DNA of 64,000 bases from the human T2T-CHM13v2.0 reference genome, Homo sapiens: NCBI RefSeq assembly GCF_009914755.1, contig NC_060945.1. One strand, 5' to 3'. Made by a program: the position numbers and the translations under genes. Positions 14,769-30,793 of the stretch are shown here, one piece after another. The first letter of the stretch is position 1. Every line of letters starts with the position of its first letter. The notes under the pieces were generated by a model, which saw only the letters and a list, made by a program, of their open reading frames with translations, was not told the DNA's origin and ran no database searches.

Positions 14769-16829
14769 GAATACAATTTTAAAACTACCAAATTACCCCA
14801 TGCTGTTCTTCCTAATTAAAATCTCTGGCTTAGCTTTCCCAATGCCTACTTCGCAGTGTTGTTAAAACCATGAGTGTGAACTCATTTTGTAAAGTACACA
14901 TTCTATAAACAAAAGGTACTCTTATTAGTTCCAAGTTCCTGGAAGTTTCCGCTACCTCTCTGCTTGTGTTCTAGCTTAAAATCTTGAAATTTCCATTAAA
15001 ATAATTCTATATGATAAAGCTATCCCCATGTCTTAGCAGATATTCACTAGGAAATCAATCCTTGTTTGATTTGCTTATAGAATTTCTGTGTAACAAATAA
15101 TTCCATATCAGTTGTTTCTCTGATCTCTGCTTATCTAAGTCACTTTCTATGATTGAAGTATTTAATTGTGTGTTATTTGCACTGTGTACTGGGTGAGCTG
15201 TATTTGATAAGTCAAGTGCTTTACCCAGTAATCACACTTAAATCCCCTTCCCAATTAGTATACCCCACCTTAAATATTTCAAATAATGAAGTAAAGTCCA
15301 TTTTAAAAAATTAATACGGCTAAACAACATATGAACTAATAGGTTATTAATAAATGATGGACACTCAAATATATTGAATGAATGAATTAAAAATTTGAAG
15401 AAATAAATTTCAAGAAGGTTCAGCAAATTCCTCACCAACTATTGTATTTAATCCTTTGTTTTTACCTGAAAATTCATTTCAGCGAGGCTACTCTGTAATG
15501 CTAGTTTTTTTCCAACTTATAATGTGATATGTAAAAACTTATTTTGGCAAGTTTCCAAAAAGCTCAAAACTATGCAGCTAACCTAAGTTCATGATGAAAA
15601 GATTTGACTCATTGTGCTTTTTGTGTGTACGCTCACTGGTTAATTAATTTAAGAAGAAGTCTCACTTATATAACTGAGATGTTAAATGGCTGGATGATCT
15701 CATGATTCCCATTTCAGTACATTGACTTTTTTTAAAAAAACTTAATTATAAGAGTTGTCATTAGACTACTTAGAAACAAGAGTATTAGAGTGTGGATTGA
15801 TTCCTCTCTCTGTTTTCTTTCTATAAAAACTCTACAGATATATGCATCTCCTGGAAGGAAAAGAAATAAAATTAACCCCATATCTATGTTTAATTGTCTT
15901 AATGTGAAATATATGATATTTTCAATCACCAGTATATTGTATATTCAATCATGTCATTTTACAGCTGGATCTTAGAGATTACTATTACATATCTCACACT
16001 CATGCCCTATTTTCTCTCCAAACTGGTTGCATTTCCTTCCCTATTTCTGTATATTTTATTTTATTTTTTGCTTTCTTGCTCTCTTTTTACAGTACTTTGG
16101 AATTTTGAAAGCCAACATTAAGGTAGCATTAAGGTTATGAATTTAAAATGCTGGAGGTGAGCATAGGCAAAGAGTAAGTTTCTTCAAGTAACACTATATA
16201 TGATTAAAAACAAACTACATGCTTTCAAAAATGCATGCCATAAGGAAGAAATGAGGGGTGGGATGCTCACTGTTATATTGTATGAAAAGAACACATTAAA
16301 AAGAGTCATATAATTTGTTTTCTAGGGTATAGACCATGAAAAAGGTATACTTAAACTCTTAAATGCAGTATATTATTCTTCCCCATTAAATACTTTAGAA
16401 AAATTTAATCCAAATATCCAAAAAAATTTTAGTTTATTAAGATTGTAAGTGGCTAATAGCTTCAGATTCAGAGGGAACAAGGGGGTAGAGGGACAGCCCT
16501 TCATAGGCAGCTACCATTTAAGTGTTTCATTGTCATCCTTAGTGTCAGGAGAGCTAGGACTTTTAGGTTACAGAGGATTTTCCAAGTAAATAATACTGAG
16601 TAACTCTGCCAACTGAAGTCTACACGATCTGAAAGAGAAAATAACACAGAAGTCCCCCTTTAGGTTTAGTTTTAAATACAATATTCACTGAGATAATAAG
16701 AAACTACTAGTGTTCCAGAACTGTAGAGCCTAGAGCAGCTTGATGCTGTCTCACAATAAACTGACAGAGTTCATTTGGAGGAATTCAAAATTCGCTCAGA
16801 AAAATTTCTGAATCTACTAATTTTTTTTC

Positions 16830-17342
16830 AAAGACTATAACTTGTGATTCTAGCATAAAAGATAAAAGACAAAAATATCAAAAGTAACTATAGCTACAAC
16901 AATTTGTTAATGGATTTATAAAATTAAAAGATATAAGTTGTGACACAAATAGCATAAAATATGGTGGGGGTGCAGAGTGAGAGTGTAGACATTTTGTATG
17001 CAATTGAAGTTAAGCTGTTATTAGCTTAAAATAGACTGTTATAACCCTAAAATGTTACACATAAACTCCATGGTAACCACCAAGAAAAAACTTCTAGAAG
17101 ATACCAAAAAGATAAAAAGAAAGGAATCAAAGCATAACACTATAAAAATTCAACAAATCACAAAGGAAGACAAATCACAAAGGAAGACAAATCACAAAGG
17201 AAGACAGCAAGATTGGTAGAAGAGAACAAAGGAAATAGTAATAAAATGGCAACAGTAAGTTCTTGCATGTCAATAATTATCTTAAGTGTAAATGGATTAA
17301 ATTCGCAATCAAAAGACACGGTAATTAGATGGAGTAAAATTT
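16830..17342 (+). mobile_element. Old L1M fragment (inter-ORF region to ORF2 start)
   Basis: Ends in the ORF2 N-terminus-like frame (MATVSSCMSIIILSVNGLNSQSKD). Confidence 0.75.
17153..17206 (+). repeat. Perfect tandem repeat, 3 x 17 bp (ACAAATCACAAAGGAAG)
   Basis: Identical units at 17153, 17170 and 17187. Confidence 0.95.
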
Positions 17343-20002
<2,660 letters not shown>

Positions 20003-20247
20003 TCTTTTAAGGATTTATTTTTAGAAGATCATAGGGTATAAACATTCTTATGACAGAGGGCATGACATAAGAATTTAGAAAACAGAGAATTTAGAAAATA
20101 GTCCAGAATTGCTGTCCAGAAAATATTAACTATTGAAAAGGAAATAAGCATTTGAAATAGAAATATAAAGTTAAGCATAAAAGTATTAACATCTAATTAT
20201 TATAAACTTTCTGTAATTGAAGTTGAACTGTTAGGACAATTTTTAAA

Positions 20248-20870
20248 GGCAGTATAGTGGTTAAGCATTGCCTTTGAAGCCATCCTTTATGGGTTTAATT
20301 CCATTCTGCTATTTGCTTGTTGGGTATTGTATAATTTTCTATGGTTTTCATAAGCGAATACCACAGATTTGGTGGCATAAACAACAGAATTTTATTTTCC
20401 TAACTCTGAAGGCTGGAAGTCCATGATCATGGTGCAGGGTTAGGTTCTAATGAGGCCTCTCCTCTTAGTTTGCAGATGGCCATCTTCTTGCTGTGCCCTC
20501 ACATGGTCTTCTTTTCTGTGCGTGTGCATGCCTGGTGTGTCTTCCTCTTCTTAGAAGGTCATCGGTCCTATTGGATTATAGCCCCACACTTGTGACCTCA
20601 TTTAACTTATTAACCTCCTTAAAAACTCTGTCTCCAAATATAGTCACATTAGGGGTTAGTGATTCAACACATGAATATTGGGAGGACACAATTCAATCCA
20701 TAACACGTATACTTGGCCAAGTTACTCGATGTCTGCATATCTGAGTTATCTCATTTGTAAAATCAAGGTAATAATACTTTATTGGCTATGATGGGATTAA
20801 ATGTGCTTTTATGCATAAAGCATTCAAGAACAGTGCCTAGCACATGGTAAGTGTTCAATAGATAAGTAGT
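20248..20870 (+). mobile_element. MIR split by an MLT1A LTR
   Basis: gtatagtggttaagca...; resumes at 20706 with cttggccaagttact...tctcatttgtaaaat...aagaacagtgcctagcacatggtaagtgttcaata. Confidence 0.75.
20328..20705 (-). mobile_element. MaLR solo LTR, MLT1A0/B-like
   Basis: tgtata...ggacacaattcaatccataaca; TSD GGTAT/CGTAT (4/5). Confidence 0.85.
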
Positions 20871-21334
20871 GTCACATTTAAAAATTGAAAGTTTACATGG
20901 ACATTGTATGCATTAATCATAATACACTATAAAAATAGCTTCCATAACAGGATTTCTAAATTGGATACAATAACAATTCTTATAATTATTAGGAGTAATT
21001 AGTATTAACAGAGAAGAAATAGAAACATTAAGCAAGTAATCCAAAATCATATAATGAATTGACAGCATGATTAAGTGCAAATGTTTCAAGAAAAGTTATA
21101 TCCTTTTAATTCCTTTTAAATTAAAATAACTGTCATAAAGAAGACTAGTCATCTTCTATAGTAAATATTTTTGAATTTTAGTAGGTAGAAACATGGGCTT
21201 AAAAATTTTTTAAATCACTTGGAAGATTTCACTTATTTCAGCTTTTTTAAACTGCTCCATCCACATAGAAAATAAACCTCCCAATACAACTAGCTCCAAA
21301 ATGTTTAGTAGGATGTTTAAGAATAAGAAAAATG

Positions 21335-21653
<319 letters not shown>

Positions 21654-21779
21654 CTAACAGCATCCATATTACCTCCTTATTGAAATAAACTTACTGGAAA
21701 ATGAAGCAACCCACAAGTAATACCTGAGTTGTATTTTGTGAGGAGTAGTAGGCAAGGTAACATTGAAAATGCAAAGGAA

Positions 21780-22990
21780 GGTATGATATATAAACAGGTA
21801 ATTAAGATAATATAGATATTCACATAATATCTTTGAGTATAGCTGAAGGACACCTAACTCAGCATGGCAGGGAGAGATTGGGCAAGAATTCCAGCATCAT
21901 AGTGGTCATCTTGGAATAAATGGAGAAATGGCATTGAGCTGAAGATGACTACAAGATAGCTGCCAATAGGGGCAGTGGAAAGGGATAGCTTAGGCAGCAG
22001 AGGTGTAGAAGACAGGCTTAAATGTGACAAAACTAGAGGCAGAGAGAGTAGTAAAAACAGCTATGATGATCCAGCCAGAATTAGCTAGTGGGGATAAAAG
22101 AAAAAGAGCAGAAAAAGTGGAGAAACACTTAAGCATTAAAAGTATTAGAACTATGGATGGGTAGATATGGAACTGTGGGAGAGGAAAAGGATTAGACAGC
22201 AATTCAGGAAGAGGAGCCATTTAGAGGGAAGATGACACATTCAGATTTCAAACTATTAGGATCAACGTGATGATAAGTGGTTGACGGAAGTTTGAATATA
22301 TAAATCTAGAGCATGGGGATTAAGGCTGGGCTGTATAGAAGTTGAAACAAGAGACTGGACAAGATCACCCATAGAGTATTAAAAATGACAAACGGGTAGG
22401 GAGAAGAAAGGGATAAAGTGAGGTATAAAAATATAGTCAGATAGAAGAAATAATCCCTCGTATTAAGTAAATCAGTAATTATAGTAAACAGTAACCTATT
22501 GTACATTTCAAAAGAGGTAGTGATGAATAATTACAATGTTTCCAGCATAAAGAAAATATGAATGTTTAAGGTGATGGATATCCAAATAACCCTGATTTGA
22601 TTATTACACATTATGTGAATGTATCGAAATGTCACATGTACCACAAACACATTTAAATTTATCGTGTATCAATAAAAAATATTTTGACCAATGACTTAGA
22701 GACAGAAGCCTGGAAAACATCAATATTAAAGGAAAAAACACATAGAAGAAACCCATGAAGGATCCAGAGGAGAGATGAGAACCAGCAAAAAACTGAGTTA
22801 CAGAAGATAAATGTGCAGAGATTCTAACATAGGGGAGGCTTTGATAAAAGCCCATTGAATATGCCAAAAAGAAATTAATTTGTGACCTTAGAGATGTCAG
22901 TGTCTGTATGGTGAGGGAACTAGGAAGATGAACAGATTGTAGTGAATTCCTCTGAGTAGGAGATGAATGTCTAGAAATACCTTAGAGTAT
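21780..22990 (-). mobile_element. Degenerate L2, interrupted by an L1MA 3' fragment
   Basis: Purine-rich antisense L2 pattern (ggacacctaactcagc, actagaggcagagaga, gaaacccatgaagga). Confidence 0.55.
22392..22680 (+). mobile_element. L1MA 3'-end fragment
   Basis: aatgtttaaggtgatggatatccaaataaccctgatttgattattacacatt...gtatcaataaaaaa. Confidence 0.8.
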
Positions 22991-24384
22991 TTCTCAGCTT
23001 ATACAGGCAAGAAATAGTGTCTCACCTAAGGTAATATCTCTGTAGTGAAACAAACATAGACAGAAGTGTTCAAAGTAAATGATGTGCAGAGACTAGATGG
23101 AGAAGTCTGGCCCAGATCGGAGACTACAGTTCAAGCTGGGATTATCAGCCTAATGAAATGCTTTACTTAGGAGAAAACAGAATTTCAAATGGAGAACTAA
23201 CCAATGACAAAAGAAAATGCATCATTATTTCAAACAGAAAACGAAGGACCCACAAGCAGAATTAGCAGTAATGTTGACTTTTGATGTCATGTCCTGCAAG
23301 TTACTCATAAAGGATTCCTTAAATACCCTAGACTAAGGGCAGGACAAGTTTCAGAGAATGAACTGGGCTTGAATGTGTCAGTAAAGATCAAGTTGCTCCA
23401 ACAAAAGGAAAGGAGGGTGGGCACAGGGAGCTCAGGAAGCATAGGAATAGATTGACAGGGGAAAACATGATTATACAAGTTTAATCTGCATAGATATGCA
23501 AGATGGACTTCACAGCTAAACTACTAGGACACATGAAAGAGTCAGGGAAGTAAATTATCCAATGGAATAAGAAATGGACAAAGGAAGAAAGAATAGCATG
23601 TCACAAGTCAAATACATGAGAGTTTCCATGCCTGGCACATAAGAATGTGGTAAAGTTTTTTTGAATGAAGAAATGAATGAGTAAACAAATTAATGAAAAA
23701 AATAATAAATGCAAAGACTGGTCACAGTTTTATTGTTTCACTTTATCTAAATTAAGACAGAAACACAGTATCCATCCTTCATCTAAAATTTCCATTTTTA
23801 AATTATGCATGGATTATCCCCCTCACCCCCAAATTTCTCTAGACAAGAGTTGACTTTATAAAAGAAAATTAAAAGTTACTTAAGTTTTATTTATTTGGAA
23901 AATTGAAAAGAATTAGTGGAAGCCATTGATGAAAATCACTTACAAACATAAAGAATTAGTTTTCCTTTACTATTGTCCTACTTTTCAGTTTCCTCTCAGT
24001 AGGAAAGTTATTAATCTGTTGTGTTTTATTGTAGGATCATAATTGTACATTTAATTATACATACAACCTGCACTAAGCATACCCTCACTAAATGGCATAC
24101 CTTAATAAAGACGATAGAACATGCCTCTATAACCTAGCAAGGTCAATCTGTGAGAAGAATAAATAAAAACGTAATTTAGTAACTGCTAGAATAATCTGAG
24201 AAGGTAGAAATGAAGATCATGTCTGGAGGACAAAATGATTTTTAAAAAATAGAAAATGATGAGGTCACAAGGTAAATGATGAAAAAGGCTGGATTTGGAG
24301 TCAGAAGACAGTTCTTGTTCTGTGATTTACCTTGTAGTCTAGGACAAACCATTTAATGTGTCTTGCTTTGTTTTCCTCATCCAC

Positions 24385-24945
24385 TATGCAGAAGCCATAG
24401 TGATCTTTTTAAAACATAAATCAAATCACATCGCTTCCCTGCCTAAAATCCTCCAATAGTTTCTTCTTACAATTGGAATAAAATCTAACCCCATCCTCGT
24501 GACCTTCAGCATTGTGAACATGAACGGAACCCTGCCTACCTCTTTAAACTCCTTTCTTTTCCTTTTTCCTTTTATTCACTGTTCCTAGATTGTTCTTAAA
24601 CCCTGTGAAGCTCACATTTGCTGTTTGTCTGCCTGAAATACTGAGTTCTAGGTCCTCTTGTTGTTGAATATTTCTTGTTGTTTAGGTGTCAGCTCAGATG
24701 CTACCTGCTCAGAGATGCCTTACTTTACTTTCTATAGAAAAATAGCTACCTTACTCTCATTTACCAATCTCTTTCAAATAACTATAACTTATTTTCGTTT
24801 AACTAAGTATAGAAAATAATATATATTATTTATTATTTATGTCTATATATTGTGTGTGTCCTCCTATCAAACATCTCCTTGCCTATCTTGTTCATCACTG
24901 AAATCTTTGACTCTGGCTAACAATTTGCTTCACAAGAATTTGTAG
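24385..24945 (+). mobile_element. L2 3' region (preceded by a MIR fragment at about 24280-24380)
   Basis: gtgatctttttaaaacataaatcaaatcacatc...cctgcctaaaatcctccaat...ggtgtcagctcagatgctacctgctcagagatgcct. Confidence 0.7.
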
Positions 24946-24949
24946 ATGA

Positions 24950-25062
24950 AAGGAGAAAAAAGGAAAAAAAAGGAGAGGAGAGAACAGGAAAGGAGAGAAG
25001 AGGAGAAGAAAGGAAAGGAATGAAAGGGGAAGGAAAAAAGAGGAAGAAAGGGAGGGAGAAAA
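24950..25062 (+). repeat. GA-rich low-complexity polypurine tract
   Basis: About 110 nt almost entirely A/G. Confidence 0.85.
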
Positions 25063-28000
25063 CAAATAAATAAAATACTTAGGCAATAAAATGAGAAAAA
25101 ATATGAGAAACTATACTGGGAAAAAACTATCAAGGCATTGTTTTAATATCACTTCATGCTTGAATATATTTAAATACCACAAACTTGTTATGATTTAAAG
25201 GAACTCAAAAGACTATTGTTTTCGTTCTCTTGATATTTCAGTGAAGCCTGCAAAATGTATATGTGGGGAAGTGCGAGTAGATGTGTGATTTAATTTTTGT
25301 GCTTTATTTGGGTGAAACTGGAGTATGAAGAAACATAAGAGACACCCTCAGAGCACAATCAAGATGTCAGCATTCACAAACCCATGTGCTCCCCCTCTAA
25401 ATTATACTCCTCCAGATGGCTTGGTTAATTTTGAAGTGGATAAAGCTAACAGTGCCAGATCACACCCAAGCAGTATAAAACTGTATAAGAACACAATAAA
25501 ACAGTAATAAACAATAGACTATTTTAGTGGCATATGGCAGATACTGAGTCAGGCCAGCCTCAAATGTAATCTTTGGATTCTGTTTAAAAATCAGTGTCTG
25601 AATTATAGCATTAGCATTCAAAGCACTCCTGTAAGCAGTAAGCAACTATTCTAAAGAAGAGAAAGGAAGGGTCAGATAAAGGAGAAAAGGAAAACACAAT
25701 GGTCACTGGAGAAGAAAGATAAACAAGAAATAATAAGCAGTGCTTGCATGACAATCTACAAGGGGAAATATAGAATTCATGAAAGCATTCAACAGGAAGA
25801 GATGGCAACAAGTAGACCAATATGAAGGAAATGGGTATGGGAACTCCCAGCAAGAAGGGGAGCAAAGGAGAAAGAGGAAAATACACACAAACAAAATAAC
25901 AATTCCTCCCTTCTCTGAATATCTGGACATAAAATTTATTGTCTTCCATTAAAATGACAAAAATTGTATGTTGCATCATCAAAGTTGGAAATATATTGTT
26001 AAAACCTTAACTCTGCAATCCCTAAGTAAAAATTCCCTCTTCTGAACATGTCTTCACCCCTACACTAAACCCAACCATCTTCTCCTGGGAGAGGGATGTT
26101 TCAGAACAATGAGAGATCTGTTCAAATTGCTGAAATTAAAGCTTCCAAGTGAAGAGCCCAAGATATAGCCCCCTTTTATCTACTTATATCCTATTTATAG
26201 TACGCATTTCAATGTAAACAAGACTTCCTCCATACCAAGTAGAGATTGTACACCTAGACACTAAATAAAAAAGTATTTTTTCCAGAAAAATACTTTTCAA
26301 GTGAGAATTTTGTTAATGGATAGTTTCTTGATAACATGAGTGATCTGAATAAAGTTAGTTATCCACATAATTAACTATATATGGCTGAATAGGAAGTCCC
26401 AGCCTTCATTCCCACACAGAAACATGAATTGCTCACAAATGTACACACTAAACATTTTTATATGAATTCCAGACTTCAATTAAGATGTTGCAGTATTCCA
26501 AGTGTGCACAAAGTACAGAATAGTCAAATTGAATTGAGTTAAGAAGAGCAATTTCATTTACCTGCATCAGCCTCTCCCCCAAGTTAGCACAGCTCAGTGC
26601 CAAGACAGAATGCCTCTTCACATCTTTTTCCTCTGGGAGAAAAGAATAGAGCATGCCTCCAACATTCCAGCTTTTCAGAGAGCTGCCCAAGAAACAGGTC
26701 TCTTACTTCCTTGATTGGTGTGCCCACAGAACTAGCATAATTTGAATGTCTGGGGGTCACTGAGGACAATGGAAAGCAGCAGGTGGCTTGATATGGTTGG
26801 CACAGCATGGCACAATTGGGGGAGGAAGTGCACAAGTTAAGACTTCTTCCTTGGCAAGGAGGGAGAAGAGTGGAGCATGTGTTGGCATTCTGGCTCTTCA
26901 GAGGGCTGCCCAAGGGACTAGTCTCTGTCTTGCCTCACTTGGAGCACTCATGGAACTAGCATAGTTTCGATGCCTTGGAGCCACTGAGAGCAAAAGTTAA
27001 AAAAAAAGGCAGTAGGCAGTTTGCTATAGCTACCATACCTCAGTAAAATCAAGAGAAGATGCACAACTCAAGGCTTCTCCTTCAAGAGGGAAGGAGAAAG
27101 GAGCGAGAAATGAGTCTGTCATTCTAGCTTCTTGGAACACCAGCTTCTGAGAAACTGATATCTGTCTCACCTTACTCAGTGTACTGATAGGAAGCTTGCA
27201 TGCCCTGGATATTTGCCAGCCACTGACAACAAAAGAGAGTGGGAAACTTGCAGCTGTAGAACCAGATAACTTGTGGTGGCACAGACAGACATCAGAAAAG
27301 ATAATGAGTTCCTGAGGGGAAACAAAAAACACAGTAAGCCTCTCTGAGAAATTGCATGCACAGGCCCAGATACCCCAAAAAGTTTCAGAGGATTCCAGAA
27401 TCTCTTTATGGGCTACTTAGTGGGAGTCTTATCTAAACAAAGCCAGTCTGAAGACTGGGAGAAGTGACAGATCCTAATACAAAGCCACAAGGTGCATGAA
27501 AAAACAAGGAAACATGGCTCAATCAAAGGAATAAACTAAATCTCCAGAAACTGGATCTACAAAGAGGTATGTGGACAACTTGAAAGAGAATTCAAAATAA
27601 TTGTCATAAAGATGCCCACTGAGCTCAAAGAAATAACAAACGAACAGAATAAAGTATTAAGAAAGATACAGAAAATATAAAAAAGAAGTTTTGGAGCTGA
27701 AAAAGAAAATAAACTGCAAAACTCACTAGAGAAGTTTAATGGCAGACTTGATATTCAGAAGAAAACATCAGCAAACTTGAATATGAGTCATGTGAAATTA
27801 TCTGCTAGAGGCTCAAAATGAAAAAAGAATGACAAAGAATAAAGAAAACCTAAGGGACATACAAGGCACCATCAAATGGACCAATATTTGCATTATTGTT
27901 GTTTCAGAAGGGGAAGAGAGAGAGAATGGGGCAGAAACATTACTTAATAAAATAATGGCTGAAAACTTCCCAAATGTAAGGATGGAAATGGACATCTAGA

Positions 28001-28454
28001 TTTGAGAAACTCTGCACGCTCCAACTAAGATGAATTCAAAGAAATACACACCAAGCAACATCATAATCAAATTGTCAAAAGTCAAAGAAAAACAATTTTG
28101 AAAGCACCAGGAGAAAAGCAACTTGTTATGAACAAGAGACTAACACCAGATTTCTCAGAAGAAACCTTCCAAGACAGAAGAGAAGTGGGATGATATATCA
28201 AAACACTGACAGAAAAAAAACCTGCCAGTCACGAATACTGTATCCAGAAAAACTATCCTTTAGTAATTAAGGAAAAATACTCTCCCAGATAAAGAAAAGC
28301 TGAGGGAATTCATCATCAGTAGACCGCCTTACAAGAAGTTCTAAAGGGAGTTTATCAAGTTGAAATGAATGGATGCTAAACAGCAGCATGAAAGCATACA
28401 TAAATACAAAGCTCACTGGTAAAGGTAAATACATAAAAACATAAAGAATACTAT

Positions 28455-28819
28455 TGCTGTGATCTGAATGTTTGTGTGCATTCAAAGTTGATTTGTTGTC
28501 ATCTTAACCCCCAAGATAATGGTATGAGGAAGTGGGGCCTTTGGGAGACAATTAGGTCATGGGAGCCAAGCCTTCATAAATGGGATTAATGCTTTTACAA
28601 AAGAGGCCCCTGTGATCTTGCTTGCCTCTTCTGCTATGTGAGAACACAGAGAGAAGGCATAGTCTATGAATAGGAAGTGGGCCCTCATCAGATACCAAAT
28701 CTCTTGATACCTTCACCTTAAACTACCCAGCCTCCAGAACCATGACAAATAATTGTTTGTTGTTTATAAGCTACACAGCTTATGGTATTTTATTACAGCA
28801 GCCTTAACAAACTAAGACA
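28455..28819 (+). mobile_element. MLT1A solo LTR
   Basis: tgctgtgatctgaatgtttgtgt...actaagaca; TSD ACTAT/ACTGT (4/5). Confidence 0.88.
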
Positions 28820-30765
28820 ACTGTAATATTGTAACAATGCTGTATAAATCTTTTAATTATTGTATAAAAGTTAAAAGATAAAAGTATAAGAAATAATTAT
28901 AAAAATCTAGCAATGGGTATACAATATAAAAAGATGTAATTTGTGACATCAATAGCATAAAGTATGGGGGAAGTTATCAGTGTAAAGTAGATTATTTTAA
29001 CAATAACATGTTTTATGTAAGTTTTATGGCAACCACAATGAAAGTACCTATATAGCAGATATTCAAAAGAAAATGAGAAAGAAATCAAAACATGCCACTA
29101 CAAAAAAGTCAGAAAAATACAAAGTAAGACAGTGAGAGCAAAAGTGAGTCAAAAAGCTATGAGACAGCTAAAAAGCAATTTAAGAAGTGGCAATAGTAAG
29201 TCCTTTCCTATCAATAATTACTTTAAATGTAAATAAATTTAACTCTCGATTAAAAGACTGATATAGTGGCTGAATGGATTTAAAGAAAACAAGACTCAAC
29301 TATATGCTGTATACAAGAAACTCACTTTGGACTTTAAGACCCACACAGGCTGAAAGTGAAAGGATAGAAAAAATAATCCACACAAATTGTAGTCAAAAAA
29401 GACAGCAAGAGTGGCCAAATTTATATCAGACAGAGTAGATTTTAAGTCAAGAACTGTCCAAAAAGACAAAGAAGGACAAAGACATTATATAATGATATAA
29501 GGGTCAATCTGCCAGGAATATGTAACAATTATAAATATACATGTGCCCATAATCAGAGCACCCAAATACAGGAAGCAATCAATGAAAGAATTTAATAGAG
29601 AAATAGACAACACACAATAACAGTAGGGAATTTCAATATACCACACTCAATAATTGATAGAACATCCAGACAGAAGATCAATAAGGAAATAAATAAATAA
29701 GAGGATTTGAACCAGACTATAGATCAAATGGAACTGACAGACATTTGCAGAACATTCCACCTTGCAGCAGCAGAATACATATTTTTCCCAAGCATGCATG
29801 AAACATTCTCCAGAATAGATCACATGTTAAGTCACAAAGAAGTCTTAACAAATTTAAGAAGATTCAAACTGTGCCAATTATATTTTCCAACAACAATGGA
29901 ATGAAACGAAAAGCAAAGGAAAATGGAAAAGTTCTTAGATATGTGAATATTAAACAACACACTCTTGAATAATCAATGAGTCAAAGAATAAATCAGAAGG
30001 TAAACTTTAGAAAAATATTTTGAGACAAATAAAGATGAAAAGAGAACATAACAAAATATATAGGATGCACCATGACCAAGTCAGATTTATCCCTGGGTTA
30101 CACGGATGGCCAAAATACAAAAATAATCAATATGAGACACCACATTAACAGAATAAAGGATAAAAATTACATTATTATCACAATATATGCAGAAAAAGCA
30201 TCTGAAACATTTAACACCCTTTCATGATAAAAACACTCAATAAACTAATAGAAGAAAATTACCTCAACATAATACAGGCTACAGTTAATGTCATGCTATA
30301 CAGTGAAAAACTGAAAGCTTTTCCTCTAAGATCAGGAATCAGTTAAGGATGCCCACTCTGACCACTTTCATTCAACATACTACTGGAAGTCCTAGCCAGA
30401 GAAATTAGGCAAGAAATATAATAAAAAGGCATCCAAATCAGAAAGAAAGAAAAACAAATTTTCACTGTTGGCAGATAATATGACGCTGTATGTAGAAAAC
30501 CTTGACAATTACACACACACAGACACACACACACATACACAAACCATTAGAACTAATAAACCAATTACGCAAAGTTGCAGGATACAAAATCAACACACAA
30601 AAATCAGTTGAGTATATGTACATTACCAGTGAACAATTGGAAACAAAAATGAAGAAGACAGTCCATTTACAACTGAATACAAAAGAATAAAATTCTTAGT
30701 AATAATCTAAACTGAGAAGTATTATAAAATATCTAGACACTGAAATCTATAAAAGATTGCTAAAA

Positions 30766-30789
30766 CACGCACACACACACACACACACA
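30766..30789 (+). repeat. (CA)n microsatellite at the POLR2C retrocopy 5' junction
   Basis: cacgcacacacacacacacacaca. Confidence 0.9.
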
Positions 30790-30793
30790 AATA

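Noticed and set aside
16850-17340. Similarity to 28860-29260 as a possible local duplication
   Set aside because: Divergence is high and explained by two independent old L1M copies.
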